Source: Candidatus Woesearchaeota archaeon (GTDB taxonomy: Archaea > Nanobdellota > Nanobdellia > SCGC-AAA011-G17 > GW2011-AR18). From it: 64,000 bases of DNA. Numbering within the stretch: position 1 is the stretch's first letter; the number at the start of each line of letters is the position of its first letter. The translations under genes and the position numbers were made by a program. This document shows positions 38,362 through 48,200 of this stretch, piece after piece. The DNA lies in the NCBI GenBank assembly GCA_018302545.1, contig JAGVZM010000001.1, positions 79,033 to 143,032 on the forward strand, read 5' to 3'. The notes under the pieces were generated by a model. The model did no database searches and was not told the origin of the DNA. It was given only the letters and a program-made list of their open reading frames with translations.

Positions 38362-38736
38362 GGCAAGGTACTTAACTACGGATCTATATGGAGATTAAGC
38401 CTTAAAAAGCTAAATTTCAGAGATTCTGAGGAAAGTCCGCCCACTACCTGTGTCTAATGACCTAGGTCCCAGTTTGGGGGTTGCTTACTTTGTAAGTTCC
38501 AGTAATGGAAGGCAACTTTAAAGAAACGAAACGCCCTATAAAATTGGAATGATGTAGCGAAGATTTTGGTGACAAAATCAAGATAACCTGCTGACGTCTT
38601 TATAGGAAACGATGAAACGAAAGATCCCAACCAGTGCAAGTCTTCGAGACGCTTAGTAGAATGTTAAGACAAAGTATCGCGAGAACTGCAAAATAGTTTT
38701 CGTTTGGCTTTGACAAAAGGCGGCTTATTCCTTGCC
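38362..38736 (+). ncRNA. rnpB: RNase P RNA
   Basis: P4 5' strand GAGGAAAGUCCGCCCAC and P4 3' strand ACAAAAGGCGGCUUAU (consensus ACAGAA.CCGGCUUA). P1 terminal helix GGCAAGG...CCUUGCC. Confidence 0.7.
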
Positions 38737-38746
38737 TAAAATATTT

Positions 38747-38902
38747 TTAAACAAACCTATAAAGAAAAATACCAAGAACGATAATCACAACTATAACACC
38801 AACAACGTAAGTAGGAGGAATTTCTAATTTACCCTTATAATCATCAAAATACCTAACTAATCCTCCTCCTGATGAAGGCATTTGAATTTTTTCTTTAGCC
38901 AT
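38747..38902 (-). CDS. secG: preprotein translocase subunit Sec61beta/SecG
   Basis: MAKEKIQMPSSGGGLVRYFDDYKGKLEIPPTYVVGVIVVIIVLGIFLYRFV is the archaeal Sec61beta signature (SSGGGL.RYFD plus C-terminal TM). Absent from the ORF track because it is below the length cutoff. Confidence 0.7.
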   Translation of the reverse strand: MAKEKIQMPSSGGGLVRYFDDYKGKLEIPPTYVVGVIVVIIVLGIFLYRFV

Positions 38903-38932
38903 AAAAAGAAAAGAAAAAACAAGTATATAAAA

Positions 38933-39478
38933 TTAACCAATTAACTTTTTCTTAATAGTATCCAAACCAACTAAGAGAGTAGGAGATATAGTATCTTTTT
39001 CAACCAATTGAAGAATATCATCTAAACCAACCCATTTGGATTCAGAAACATCTTCAGGATTTCCTTTAATATTTTTAGAGTCTACTTTAGAATAAAAAAA
39101 CGAGATAAATCTTTTGATATCTAAAAATTCATAATAACTTTCCCATAAAAAACTAACATCATCAATTCCCAACTCTCTTTTAGCAGTTCTAACTGCAGCT
39201 TCTTCAGAAGTTTCTCCAACTTGAACCATTCCAGCAGCAGAACTACACCACTTTCCTCCCCAAACAGATTGTAAAGGCATTGTAATAAATATTCTATTAT
39301 TTTGATCAATTAAAAAAATATTAACAGTTTTCAAACAATCATTCTTTCTATCTATATCCTTCCTTAATTTAGTTTCTATAAGTTTCCCCTGTTTATCACA
39401 AACAATAACTTTAGATTTAGGATTTTGCATTAATATTAAGAGGAAGATTATAGATTTAAATCTTATTGTTCTTTCCAC
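38933..39478 (-). CDS. Nudix hydrolase
   Basis: Nudix box GMVQVGETSEEAAVRTAKRELGI (G.5E.7REUXEEXGU). Confidence 0.75.
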   Translation of the reverse strand: MERTIRFKSIIFLLILMQNPKSKVIVCDKQGKLIETKLRKDIDRKNDCLKTVNIFLIDQNNRIFITMPLQSVWGGKWCSSAAGMVQVGETSEEAAVRTAKRELGIDDVSFLWESYYEFLDIKRFISFFYSKVDSKNIKGNPEDVSESKWVGLDDILQLVEKDTISPTLLVGLDTIKKKLIG

Positions 39479-39635
39479 ACCAAGGACAAAACCACTCTAA
39501 TTTATCTTCAGGAGCATCACCAATACTCACCACTTCCTACAATATAAACACTCAAAATGATGCAAATTTTCAATAGATTTTTTAACCACAAAAAATAGAT
39601 TACAAAGTTCATATTTAAATTTAAAGTAAGTATTT

Positions 39636-42179
39636 CTAAATCTCAACAGATACTATATTAGAATAGACTTCACCACAAGAGTTAGAATGAGGTAAATATT
39701 CACATACTCTAACATAATAATTTCCAGATCCGTCATACGGATTTATCCAAACATCAGTTACGTTATATCCTCTATGATACTTCATTCCTCCTGTCAAAGG
39801 AGGATAAGTCAAATCTTGATTTTTAGAAAATAAAACTAAAAATTCAGAAGAGTTATCAAAACCAGAAAGCTGCCAAATCAAATGATTTCCCCATTGTTGA
39901 GATAAAACTATAGACTTTGAAGATTGTCTCTGAGGATTATCAGAAGGCAAATTATTTTGATCAATAACTTCTACTCTATCTTCAATTTCACAATTAGAAG
40001 AACAACCATCATTATTTAAACTATTACCATCATCACATCCTTCAGAAGTTTCAAGCAAATTATTTCCACATATCGATTCTTCTACTTCAGGAACATTAAA
40101 ATTCCTATCAACATTAGAAGTGCATCCTTCCCACCAACAAGGATTTCTATCTGAAAATTCAAGAAGTGCATCAAATTTAGGAGAATGTTCTACAGTTTGT
40201 TCTTGCCATTCCTTATAACCCCAATTACCCCAAACACTATCTCTCTGAACACTTGAATAATGAACAAATAATTTTCCACCAATATTTTTCCAACCATTCA
40301 ACAAATCCAAATAAAGATTTTTCATTCTAGGATCTGTTTGTGCTTCCTTAAAAAAATTAACCAAATCTACATTTCTATGATCTCTTGGATGAACAGCTAA
40401 ATGTTGTCCTCCTTCGTAAGCAACAAGATCAATATTAGGATAAGTTCTATTCAAAAAATTATAATCTTCTTCAACATAATCTAGAATTCTTCGAATATCT
40501 ACTTGAAGAGCATTAAATAAATTTGTCATTCCATCACTTCGTTGAGAAGCCCAATTTTTAGCAAAATCATCATTCATCAAATAACCACCAAAATAAGGAG
40601 CAATTCCTAAAGAGTCTATATCTTTACTGCAAGAATCAAAACCATTCCTAACAGCAATTGGACAAGATAATATATTTTGATGAACATAGTCTAACCCAAT
40701 CTGGCTGCCAACAACACAATTAATCCTATTAGATTCTTCATCCCAAACCTCTTTCCAAATCCTACAAATTTCAGTAGAACGTTTACCATACCAATTTAAC
40801 TTAATAGTAAAATCATCCTCTATGGCATCAGGCCATTCTTCTCTAGCTTTCTGTGTAACCCAATTTCCACCAATACTATAAGGATAAGCACCGTTCCAAA
40901 TCTCATTAGTATATTCAACATACACAGTTTGGTCTTTCAAAGATTCTTTAGCTAATGTTGCCATTTCAGTCACATAATTATCATCAGCAGAATAAGGAAT
41001 GTTGACCCAATTATCAACACCTAAAACATTAGATAATTTAAAAGCAATATCAACAGGAGCACCATCTCTACCACTCCATCTAGCATCAGAAAGTTCAACT
41101 CTATCATCCCAATTACCAGGAGGACTATTAGTTATATCAAAAAATTGCATAAATCTAACAACTCTATAATTTTTCATATCGCTTAAAAATTTAGGATGAA
41201 AAACTAAAGAATCGTAGATATCTTCAAAACTAACAAATTCACCATCGCAAGTACTAGAATCTTTATGATAAGTAAATATATCATTATTACAAATTCCTCC
41301 TGGAGATATAATTCTTATATTTCTAATATAATTCCCATTGTTATTAGGATCTGTTTCTTTAATCATCAATAACAAACCACCAAGAGAAGGATCATTAAAT
41401 TCTATTACATCTCTACCTGGCATAGATAACTCCTGATTTTTAATTCCATTTAATCTATATTCTACTCTTCCTTCCCCATCATATAAAACAATATACCTGC
41501 CACTAGGATGATAATTCGAGGCCATTAAATAAGTTGCAACATAATCATATTCTGCTTCTTGATTGTTTAAGGGAGTTAATGACTTAACCCATCCACTTTC
41601 ATCTAAATCTAATTTATTTTGTTCTTCAGTATCCCATATCTCCCAATTACCTTCTATTTGTGTCAACCAATTACTAGAAGATTTCATCATGTCTAAAAAT
41701 ACCCATTCACTACTATAGTAACTAATAGGACCAGCTAAATTAACTCCTAAAGGTACAGAAGTTTTTGCAGCATTATTATTAGAAATTCTACTTTGATGAA
41801 AGGGCAAATTATAATTAGAAAATCTATTGTCTCTACCTTCTCTTTCCCCTGAATCAGAATTACCCTCGAGATTAGAGATATCATAAGAGGGATAAATAGA
41901 AATATTAGAAGAATTAGAACTATTCAAGTTTTGATTATCACAAATTGAATTTTTATCAGAATCCAAACAACATTCCAATCCAACCCTAATATAAGGAAGA
42001 TCACAAATAACCCCCTTATCAGATATTATCTTAAGATCTTTATCACTAAATTGGTTCAGATCAACTTTATTCAAATCTAGATTTTCACAAGAGGATAAGA
42101 TTAAAAGAAAAGAAATACACGCAATAAGAGTAACTATTTTTATAAAAGTTTTAGACATAATTACAATTAAATAAAACAA
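39636..42179 (-). CDS. large secreted protein: possible glycoside-hydrolase-like core plus Cys-rich (Myxococcus-type CxxC) repeat
   Basis: N-terminal signal/lipobox (LILSSC). YTNEIWNG and AYEGGQH resemble GH clan-A acid/base and nucleophile motifs. Near the C-terminus ICGNNLLETSEGCDDGNSLNNDGCSSNC matches the CGNG..E.GEECDDGN..DGC cysteine-rich repeat. Confidence 0.55.
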   Translation of the reverse strand: MFYLIVIMSKTFIKIVTLIACISFLLILSSCENLDLNKVDLNQFSDKDLKIISDKGVICDLPYIRVGLECCLDSDKNSICDNQNLNSSNSSNISIYPSYDISNLEGNSDSGEREGRDNRFSNYNLPFHQSRISNNNAAKTSVPLGVNLAGPISYYSSEWVFLDMMKSSSNWLTQIEGNWEIWDTEEQNKLDLDESGWVKSLTPLNNQEAEYDYVATYLMASNYHPSGRYIVLYDGEGRVEYRLNGIKNQELSMPGRDVIEFNDPSLGGLLLMIKETDPNNNGNYIRNIRIISPGGICNNDIFTYHKDSSTCDGEFVSFEDIYDSLVFHPKFLSDMKNYRVVRFMQFFDITNSPPGNWDDRVELSDARWSGRDGAPVDIAFKLSNVLGVDNWVNIPYSADDNYVTEMATLAKESLKDQTVYVEYTNEIWNGAYPYSIGGNWVTQKAREEWPDAIEDDFTIKLNWYGKRSTEICRIWKEVWDEESNRINCVVGSQIGLDYVHQNILSCPIAVRNGFDSCSKDIDSLGIAPYFGGYLMNDDFAKNWASQRSDGMTNLFNALQVDIRRILDYVEEDYNFLNRTYPNIDLVAYEGGQHLAVHPRDHRNVDLVNFFKEAQTDPRMKNLYLDLLNGWKNIGGKLFVHYSSVQRDSVWGNWGYKEWQEQTVEHSPKFDALLEFSDRNPCWWEGCTSNVDRNFNVPEVEESICGNNLLETSEGCDDGNSLNNDGCSSNCEIEDRVEVIDQNNLPSDNPQRQSSKSIVLSQQWGNHLIWQLSGFDNSSEFLVLFSKNQDLTYPPLTGGMKYHRGYNVTDVWINPYDGSGNYYVRVCEYLPHSNSCGEVYSNIVSVEI

Positions 42180-42245
42180 ATATATAAAATAAAGGCATAT
42201 AAAATTTAGTTGAACAATAAAATATAAACAAATAAGATTAAAAAA

Positions 42246-42647
42246 TTATACTCTTCTTCCCCTTTTACCACCTTTCTTACGGCAAGTATCAGTTGGGAAA
42301 CCAGTAACATCCTCAATAACACCTATTCTAAAACCTAACCTACTCAATGCTCTAACAGCTGCATTAGCACCAGGTCCTGTACTCATAGGACCGTTATGGC
42401 CCCCTGGAGCTCTAACTTTGATATGTAAAGCATTAATTCCTTTTTCTTTAGCTTGTTCAGAAGCAACTTTAGCTGCATTCATTGCAGCAGTAGGAGAACT
42501 CTCCATCCTATGTGCTTTAACAACCATACCACCAGAAGCCTTAGCTAAAGTTTCGCATCCCGTTATATCTGTAATATGAATTATTGTATTATTATAACTA
42601 GAATAAATATGTGCTATGCCCCATCTTGTTTTTTGATCTTTTATCAT
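42246..42647 (-). CDS. rps11: 30S ribosomal protein S11 (uS11)
   Basis: [21 protein letters not shown]...HIKVRAPGG are conserved uS11 blocks. Confidence 0.95.
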   Translation of the reverse strand: MIKDQKTRWGIAHIYSSYNNTIIHITDITGCETLAKASGGMVVKAHRMESSPTAAMNAAKVASEQAKEKGINALHIKVRAPGGHNGPMSTGPGANAAVRALSRLGFRIGVIEDVTGFPTDTCRKKGGKRGRRV

Positions 42648-43294
42648 TCTGCTACAACCTCTCCAACCTCTGCTTCAATTCTCTTTAATTCTTCTTCAGT
42701 TAATTCACCCTCTATTTTAGCTTCAGTTTTCTCAATTTTAGCTTTATTTTTAGCTGCTTCTTGAGCTTTTAATCTCTTAACTCTTTCAGGATGTTCCTCT
42801 GAACTAATAGTTGAATTAGAATTAAATGAAATTAGATCTTCTTCTTCTTTGCTAACTAAATAAGAGGGAACACAAACTTTATTTCCCTTAATTGAAATAT
42901 GACCATGAACAATAAATTGTCTAGATTGTTTAGGAGTTAAAGCCGTGCTCTTTCTATAAACTAAAGTCTGAAGTCTTCTATTTAATATATCATTAAGTTC
43001 TAAAGATAAAACATCAGCTAATTCAATACCTGTAGAAACTAAACCATACCTAACAAGCCTATCTAATAACTGCTTCTCTTCTCTCAAAGCTTGTTGGCTT
43101 CCCTTATTCTTTTCTCTAATTAAACTCTTAACCTGACTCGTGATCCTTTTTAGTTCAGATTTAGCTTTCCAAATTTCTTTTTTATTTTTTAAACCATAAT
43201 CCTTTTTTATAGGCCTCTCTGCTTCAATTCTCCAACCTTCCCACGGATGTCTTGGACCTTTATACGCTCTCCTAGATTTTCCTGGATCTCCCAT
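42644..43294 (-). CDS. rps4: 30S ribosomal protein S4 (uS4) with C-terminal K/E-rich extension
   Basis: [21 protein letters not shown]-terminus and S4 domain. Has about 55 extra C-terminal residues ([30 protein letters not shown]). Confidence 0.9.
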   Translation of the reverse strand: MGDPGKSRRAYKGPRHPWEGWRIEAERPIKKDYGLKNKKEIWKAKSELKRITSQVKSLIREKNKGSQQALREEKQLLDRLVRYGLVSTGIELADVLSLELNDILNRRLQTLVYRKSTALTPKQSRQFIVHGHISIKGNKVCVPSYLVSKEEEDLISFNSNSTISSEEHPERVKRLKAQEAAKNKAKIEKTEAKIEGELTEEELKRIEAEVGEVVAE

Positions 43295-43768
43295 TTATCC
43301 TTTCTTTCCCCCTTTAACTTTACTTTTTTGAACTCCAACAGCCTTACCAACTTTCCTAAAGTGCCCTCTTGTTCTCTGTCCTCTAGTAGGCAATCCAACT
43401 GCATGTCTCATACCTCTATAAGACTTAGTTTTTTTCAATCTTTTAAGATCCATATCTAAACTAAATCTAAGATCTCCGCCAGTTACATGTTTATTTTCAC
43501 CAGTTTCCCAATCTTTTCTTCTATTCAAAAACCAAATGGGAAGTTTATCTGAAGAATTTAATAAATTCTCTATATCTTTAGCATCTTTATCTGTAAGCAA
43601 ACCAGCTTTCCTTTTTTTATCAAGTCCTAATGTATTACATATCGCATTAGATAAATTAAAACTAATCCCCTTAACTTTTAACAAAGCCATAGAAATAGGT
43701 TTCGCACCTACCAAATCTGTACTAAGAACCCTAAAAAAAGGTTTAATTTGTTGTTTTTCTTCACTCAT
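43295..43768 (-). CDS. rps13: 30S ribosomal protein S13 (uS13)
   Basis: SYRGMRHAVGLPTRGQRTRGHFRK is the uS13 C-terminal signature. Confidence 0.92.
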   Translation of the reverse strand: MSEEKQQIKPFFRVLSTDLVGAKPISMALLKVKGISFNLSNAICNTLGLDKKRKAGLLTDKDAKDIENLLNSSDKLPIWFLNRRKDWETGENKHVTGGDLRFSLDMDLKRLKKTKSYRGMRHAVGLPTRGQRTRGHFRKVGKAVGVQKSKVKGGKKG

Positions 43769-43816
43769 AACGATTTGAACTAGTGGGTTATTTATAAACC
43801 TTTTTATCTAAAGAAT

Positions 43817-44368
43817 TTAGTATCTAACAAAGAGGTAATGTTTCTCTTCACCTTCTAATTCTAATAATATTCTTTTTACAATTGCTTTCTCAGGATCTGG
43901 AAGAAGTTTTACTCTGTTCTTAATATCTTCAAAATCATCAAATTCTTTTTCCTTTCTAGCTTCTAATATAGCCATCATATGTTTTTTACCTATACCAGGA
44001 AGTAATTGAAGCTGATGTATTCTCATATTAATAGAACCTGCTTTATTAAAAAATTCAACAAATCTCTTCTGGTCTGTTTTAACTAATTCCCCTATTATAA
44101 AATTCAATTCAGATTTAGCAGTCTCAGTTAATTTATGAGGATTTATTTTACCAACTATATGGTGTATTTTATCCCTTTTACCCTCACCTATATAGACATC
44201 CTCATGAGGTTGAAGAAATGCTTCTTTCTTAGGAACTAACTCCAAAAGAACCAAAGTCTGTTTTCCTAGAGCTTGAGCTATAGAAGTCTTCATATGCATA
44301 GGTCTTCTGTCCATTGGATAACCATGGGGCAAAAAATCTAATATTATTGCATTTTCTTCTTTGGCCAT
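43817..44368 (-). CDS. COG1491/DUF655 putative RNA-binding protein (HhH-containing)
   Basis: AIILDFLPHGYPMD N-terminus is typical of DUF655. Conserved neighbourhood with rpoF and L21e. Confidence 0.65.
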   Translation of the reverse strand: MAKEENAIILDFLPHGYPMDRRPMHMKTSIAQALGKQTLVLLELVPKKEAFLQPHEDVYIGEGKRDKIHHIVGKINPHKLTETAKSELNFIIGELVKTDQKRFVEFFNKAGSINMRIHQLQLLPGIGKKHMMAILEARKEKEFDDFEDIKNRVKLLPDPEKAIVKRILLELEGEEKHYLFVRY

Positions 44369-44388
44369 TTTTAAGTTCCTTTAACATT

Positions 44389-44724
44389 TTAATTGCTAAT
44401 CATATCAACTATTTTTTTAAGTTCTTCTTGTTTCAATGATAACGCCTCACCCGAAAATAATACTTTTAAAGTTTCAACATCACTTGGCATAGTATCTAAA
44501 ATTTTAACTATATGTCTGTCTCTTAATCTTAAACCAAGCCCATCCAATTTTTGATAAAGATCTTTAATCTTTTCAAGATCCAAACTAACAAAATCACTTA
44601 AATAAGCATCAACCTTAGTAGCCCTAAAGTTCAATTCCTTATTATCCTTCTTTATACTATCAAACTTACTCTTCAACTCTACCATTGTTAATGGCTTTTG
44701 TTCAATTACATCTATTTCTACCAT
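44389..44724 (-). CDS. rpoF: RNA polymerase subunit F (Rpb4 homolog)
   Basis: 111 aa helical protein. DRHIVKILDTMPSDVETLKVLF matches the RpoF HRDC-like region. Conserved L21e-rpoF-DUF655 order. Confidence 0.6.
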   Translation of the reverse strand: MVEIDVIEQKPLTMVELKSKFDSIKKDNKELNFRATKVDAYLSDFVSLDLEKIKDLYQKLDGLGLRLRDRHIVKILDTMPSDVETLKVLFSGEALSLKQEELKKIVDMISN

Positions 44725-45015
44725 TTATATCCTCTTCAAATGAACTGGATGTACAACAATCATTTTTGATTTATTGAGATCCTTAATCATAACTTCATAG
44801 CAATTTCCCCTTTTACCTAAAACAACACCTGCTTTACCATGGAATCTTGAATGATACAAACTCTTATGAATACTTGGTTCAGCAACTAAACTGACTTTAT
44901 CACCTTCATTAAGTACTTGAAAATATTTTGAAAGTTTAACCTTGCCTTTATCTCTAACGTTCTTAGACATTTTATGTCTAGACTTCCTCCTAGTACCTCC
45001 AATTCTCATTACCAT
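44725..45015 (-). CDS. rpl21e: 50S ribosomal protein L21e
   Basis: TRRKSRHK...PSIHKSLYHSRFHGKAGVVLGKRGNCYEV...VHPVHLKRI are conserved L21e blocks. Confidence 0.87.
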   Translation of the reverse strand: MVMRIGGTRRKSRHKMSKNVRDKGKVKLSKYFQVLNEGDKVSLVAEPSIHKSLYHSRFHGKAGVVLGKRGNCYEVMIKDLNKSKMIVVHPVHLKRI

Positions 45016-45072
45016 AAGTTTATAGAACCAAATATGTATATAAATTTATCGCAAGAGAACCTTATAGAAAAT

Positions 45073-45273
45073 TTATCTACGTTTATAATATAACAAACCA
45101 GCAATAACTAAAATTAAGAGAATAATTATAATCCCAACAATCATAAAAATTCCAATACTTCCAGAATTGAATGTTGTTTCTTCATTAGGAGAATCTACAT
45201 TTTTTGCTTCTTTGTTTTTGCAGTAATTATCAATAAATCTCTTGCAGAATCTAATTCTGTGTGTGTTTGCAGC
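45073..45273 (-). pseudogene. out-of-frame C-terminal membrane-anchor segment of the giant beta-helix protein (frameshift or phase-variable tract)
   Basis: In another frame (offset 1 nt) the sequence encodes ...SPNEETTFNSGSIGIFMIVGIIIILLILVIAGLLYYKRR*, a classic C-terminal TM anchor. It has no start codon of its own and overlaps the main ORF end. T5 runs lie at 45201-45205 and 45215-45219. Confidence 0.45.
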
Positions 45274-48200
45274 CTAACTCTTTGATCATTATCATGGATT
45301 TTTAAAATATAAATATCCCAATCATCTAATTCATCTGAGGTTATACCCAACTCTTGTAGGGGAACTTCAAATCTTAAGTCTATAGGAAACTCTAAAGTCT
45401 CATTTGTGAAATTTCCTCTAAATATTACCTCAAAAAAAGGCCTTCTCCCATTAGGAACTCCTGAACTTCCAGTATTCATAGTAACAACAACACTACCACT
45501 AGAATCTGTATTTGTATTGAATGTTAAAGTGGAGGTCACACCATTTGAAAATGTATTTGTAACTGTATTTGTTTGGCCTACTTGAGAATTAACATTAGTT
45601 GTTTGAGTTTCTCCAGGCTCACCAGCTTCTTGTTGCTGATTCTGATTGTTATTGCTTCTATCTGGCGCACCAGTATTTCCTGGAGAACCTCCCCCACTAG
45701 TTCCGCTAGTACTTCCTGAACTACCAGAAGAAGGAGCTGCATCAAAAGTAACAGCAGCCCAAGGACTAAAGCTAGTTAAATCTCCTATTAATCTTACAAA
45801 TTGTGCAGTTGTATTAATCTCAAAAGTATTACTTAAACTACTCCAACCATTACTATATCTAGCAACAGTTAAATTACTCTCATTAAATGTAGAATTTAAA
45901 TCTGAACTATTATAATATATAGTTAAATTATTAACACTACCATTAATACTTAAGTTATTCATAACTAATAAATTAGAAGCTATGTCACATATCTCACTAG
46001 TGTTACTACAAGTAGTTGCTGAAACTCCTTGGTTAGTTAAATCATTAGTTGCAAAGAAACTAAGATTAGTAGCATTATTAAATGTAAAATTCAAATAATC
46101 AGTTTCTATAATATCATAATTTAATGTATTAACTATCCCTCCATTAGTTATGTTTAATACTGAAGAAGTACTTGGAAGATTAGTTACATAAACTCTATCT
46201 AAAAAAGTAACATTTGCACCATCAAAATAATATTGTATTGCTCCATTACCAGAAGCATTACTATTTGTAAAATTATTCTGACTAGATATTATCTGATAAC
46301 CATATTGAGTATTATTATTAGCAACATTAGAAGTTATATCTAAAGTTGTAGTAGTATTATCTATATATAATCCTGCAGCTAAATTAAAATTAAAAGTATT
46401 ATTTGTAACATTCATATTCAAAGAATCTTCCAAATAAAGACCATAAACATTCCCATTTAATGAAGGATTATTATATATAGAATTGTTGTTTGAAGAATAG
46501 ATTTCTATTCCTTGTCCATTAGTACCATTAAAAATAGTATTAGAATATATGTTATTATTATTTGAAGAAGTACTCATGCTTATTCCTGAAGCAGAATTAT
46601 TAAATAATGTATTAGAAGATAAATCATTATTATAACTAGATGCAAAAGTTATACCTATACCTGTGCTGTGGTTTATAGTATTAGATTGATAAAAACTATT
46701 ATTAGTATTTATTGAATAAACTCCTTGAGAATTATAAGTTAAAGTATTTGAATTAAATGTTAAATTATCTGAATCACTAATATTAAGACCATTATCTAAA
46801 TTCAAATTAAGAGTATTAGAATTCAAAGTAACATTAAAATTATCTGTGATATAAATTCCATCTTGAGTATTTGAATTTGCAGTATTTGAAGTAACAACTG
46901 TATTATTAGTTGAGTTAAGATATATTCCTGTATTTGTATTTGAATTTAGAGTATTACTAATAAAAGTAGTATTATCAGAATCATAAACATAAACACCATA
47001 AACACCAGAAGTAATAATATTATTTTCAAGATATTTATTATCTGAATTATTAATCAAAATGCCATAAGTATTATTTGTAATATTTAAGTTAGTAGAAACA
47101 TTTATCCAAGCATTTCCAAGATCACTAAAATAAATTCCAGCTGCAGTATTAAGGGTATGATTCGTAAAATTATTACTATAAATAGATAAATTTTGGGCGC
47201 TACGCTCAACATATAGGCCAATATTATCATTTCCACTAAACACATTGCCATAAATAGATCCATTTCCATCAACCCAAAGACCATTATACAAATTATTTAT
47301 TAGGCTATTATTTACAAAAGTAAAGTTATTACAATCATTATCTATAAAAATTGCATCAGGAGTTTCTAAAGCGCCATTTCCTTCAAAAGTATTATTAATT
47401 AACAAAGCATTATTAGAATCATCTAACAAAACATAAACAGAATTAAAACTAATGTTATTATTTTCAACAGTAGCATTATCACTCAAACCAACATGAAGGG
47501 GATAACCCACACTAGTTCCTGTTAGGGTGTTATTATAAATAATTAAATTATGTGTAAAAAAGTGAAAGTAAAGACCATCCCTATTACCTGTAAAAACATT
47601 TCCAGTAAAATTAGTAAAGTTCGCATCTCTTGAATAAGTTCCATAAGTATTATTTTCAACCACCAGATTATCATAAATATAATTTACAGCATTAACATCT
47701 CTAATATAAAAACCAGCTGCAGCTCCAGCAGTATGATTATAAACTGAATTAGAAAATGCACTATTATTTGTACTGTTAGTAATATTAATACCAATATTCG
47801 AATTAAGATATACTGTATTTGAAGAAATAACATTATCAGAAGATAATGCAACCAAACCAATTCCATCCCTAGTATTATTATTTAACGTATTAGAATTTAT
47901 TGTTGTATTATGAGAATTAGTTAAAAATATTCCCGTATTTCCATTAAAGGCAATAGTATTTCCAGTTAAGTTAGTTGCATTTGCATTAGTTAAATATACT
48001 CCATAAGTATTATTTCCTATGTTTAGATTATTAGTTATATTAAATTGGTTCTGATCAGAGATAGAAGATAAATAAATACCAGCAGCTAAACCTCTAGTAT
48101 GGTATGTTATATTATTACCATCAATAACATTACCTGAACCTCCTCCACTACTATAAATCCCAGCCTTACTACTATTAATAATTACATTAGAAACAATAGT

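Noticed and set aside
38454-38639. 61-aa minus-strand ORF
   Set aside because: It lies entirely inside the RNase P RNA, whose conserved P4 motifs are on the plus strand.
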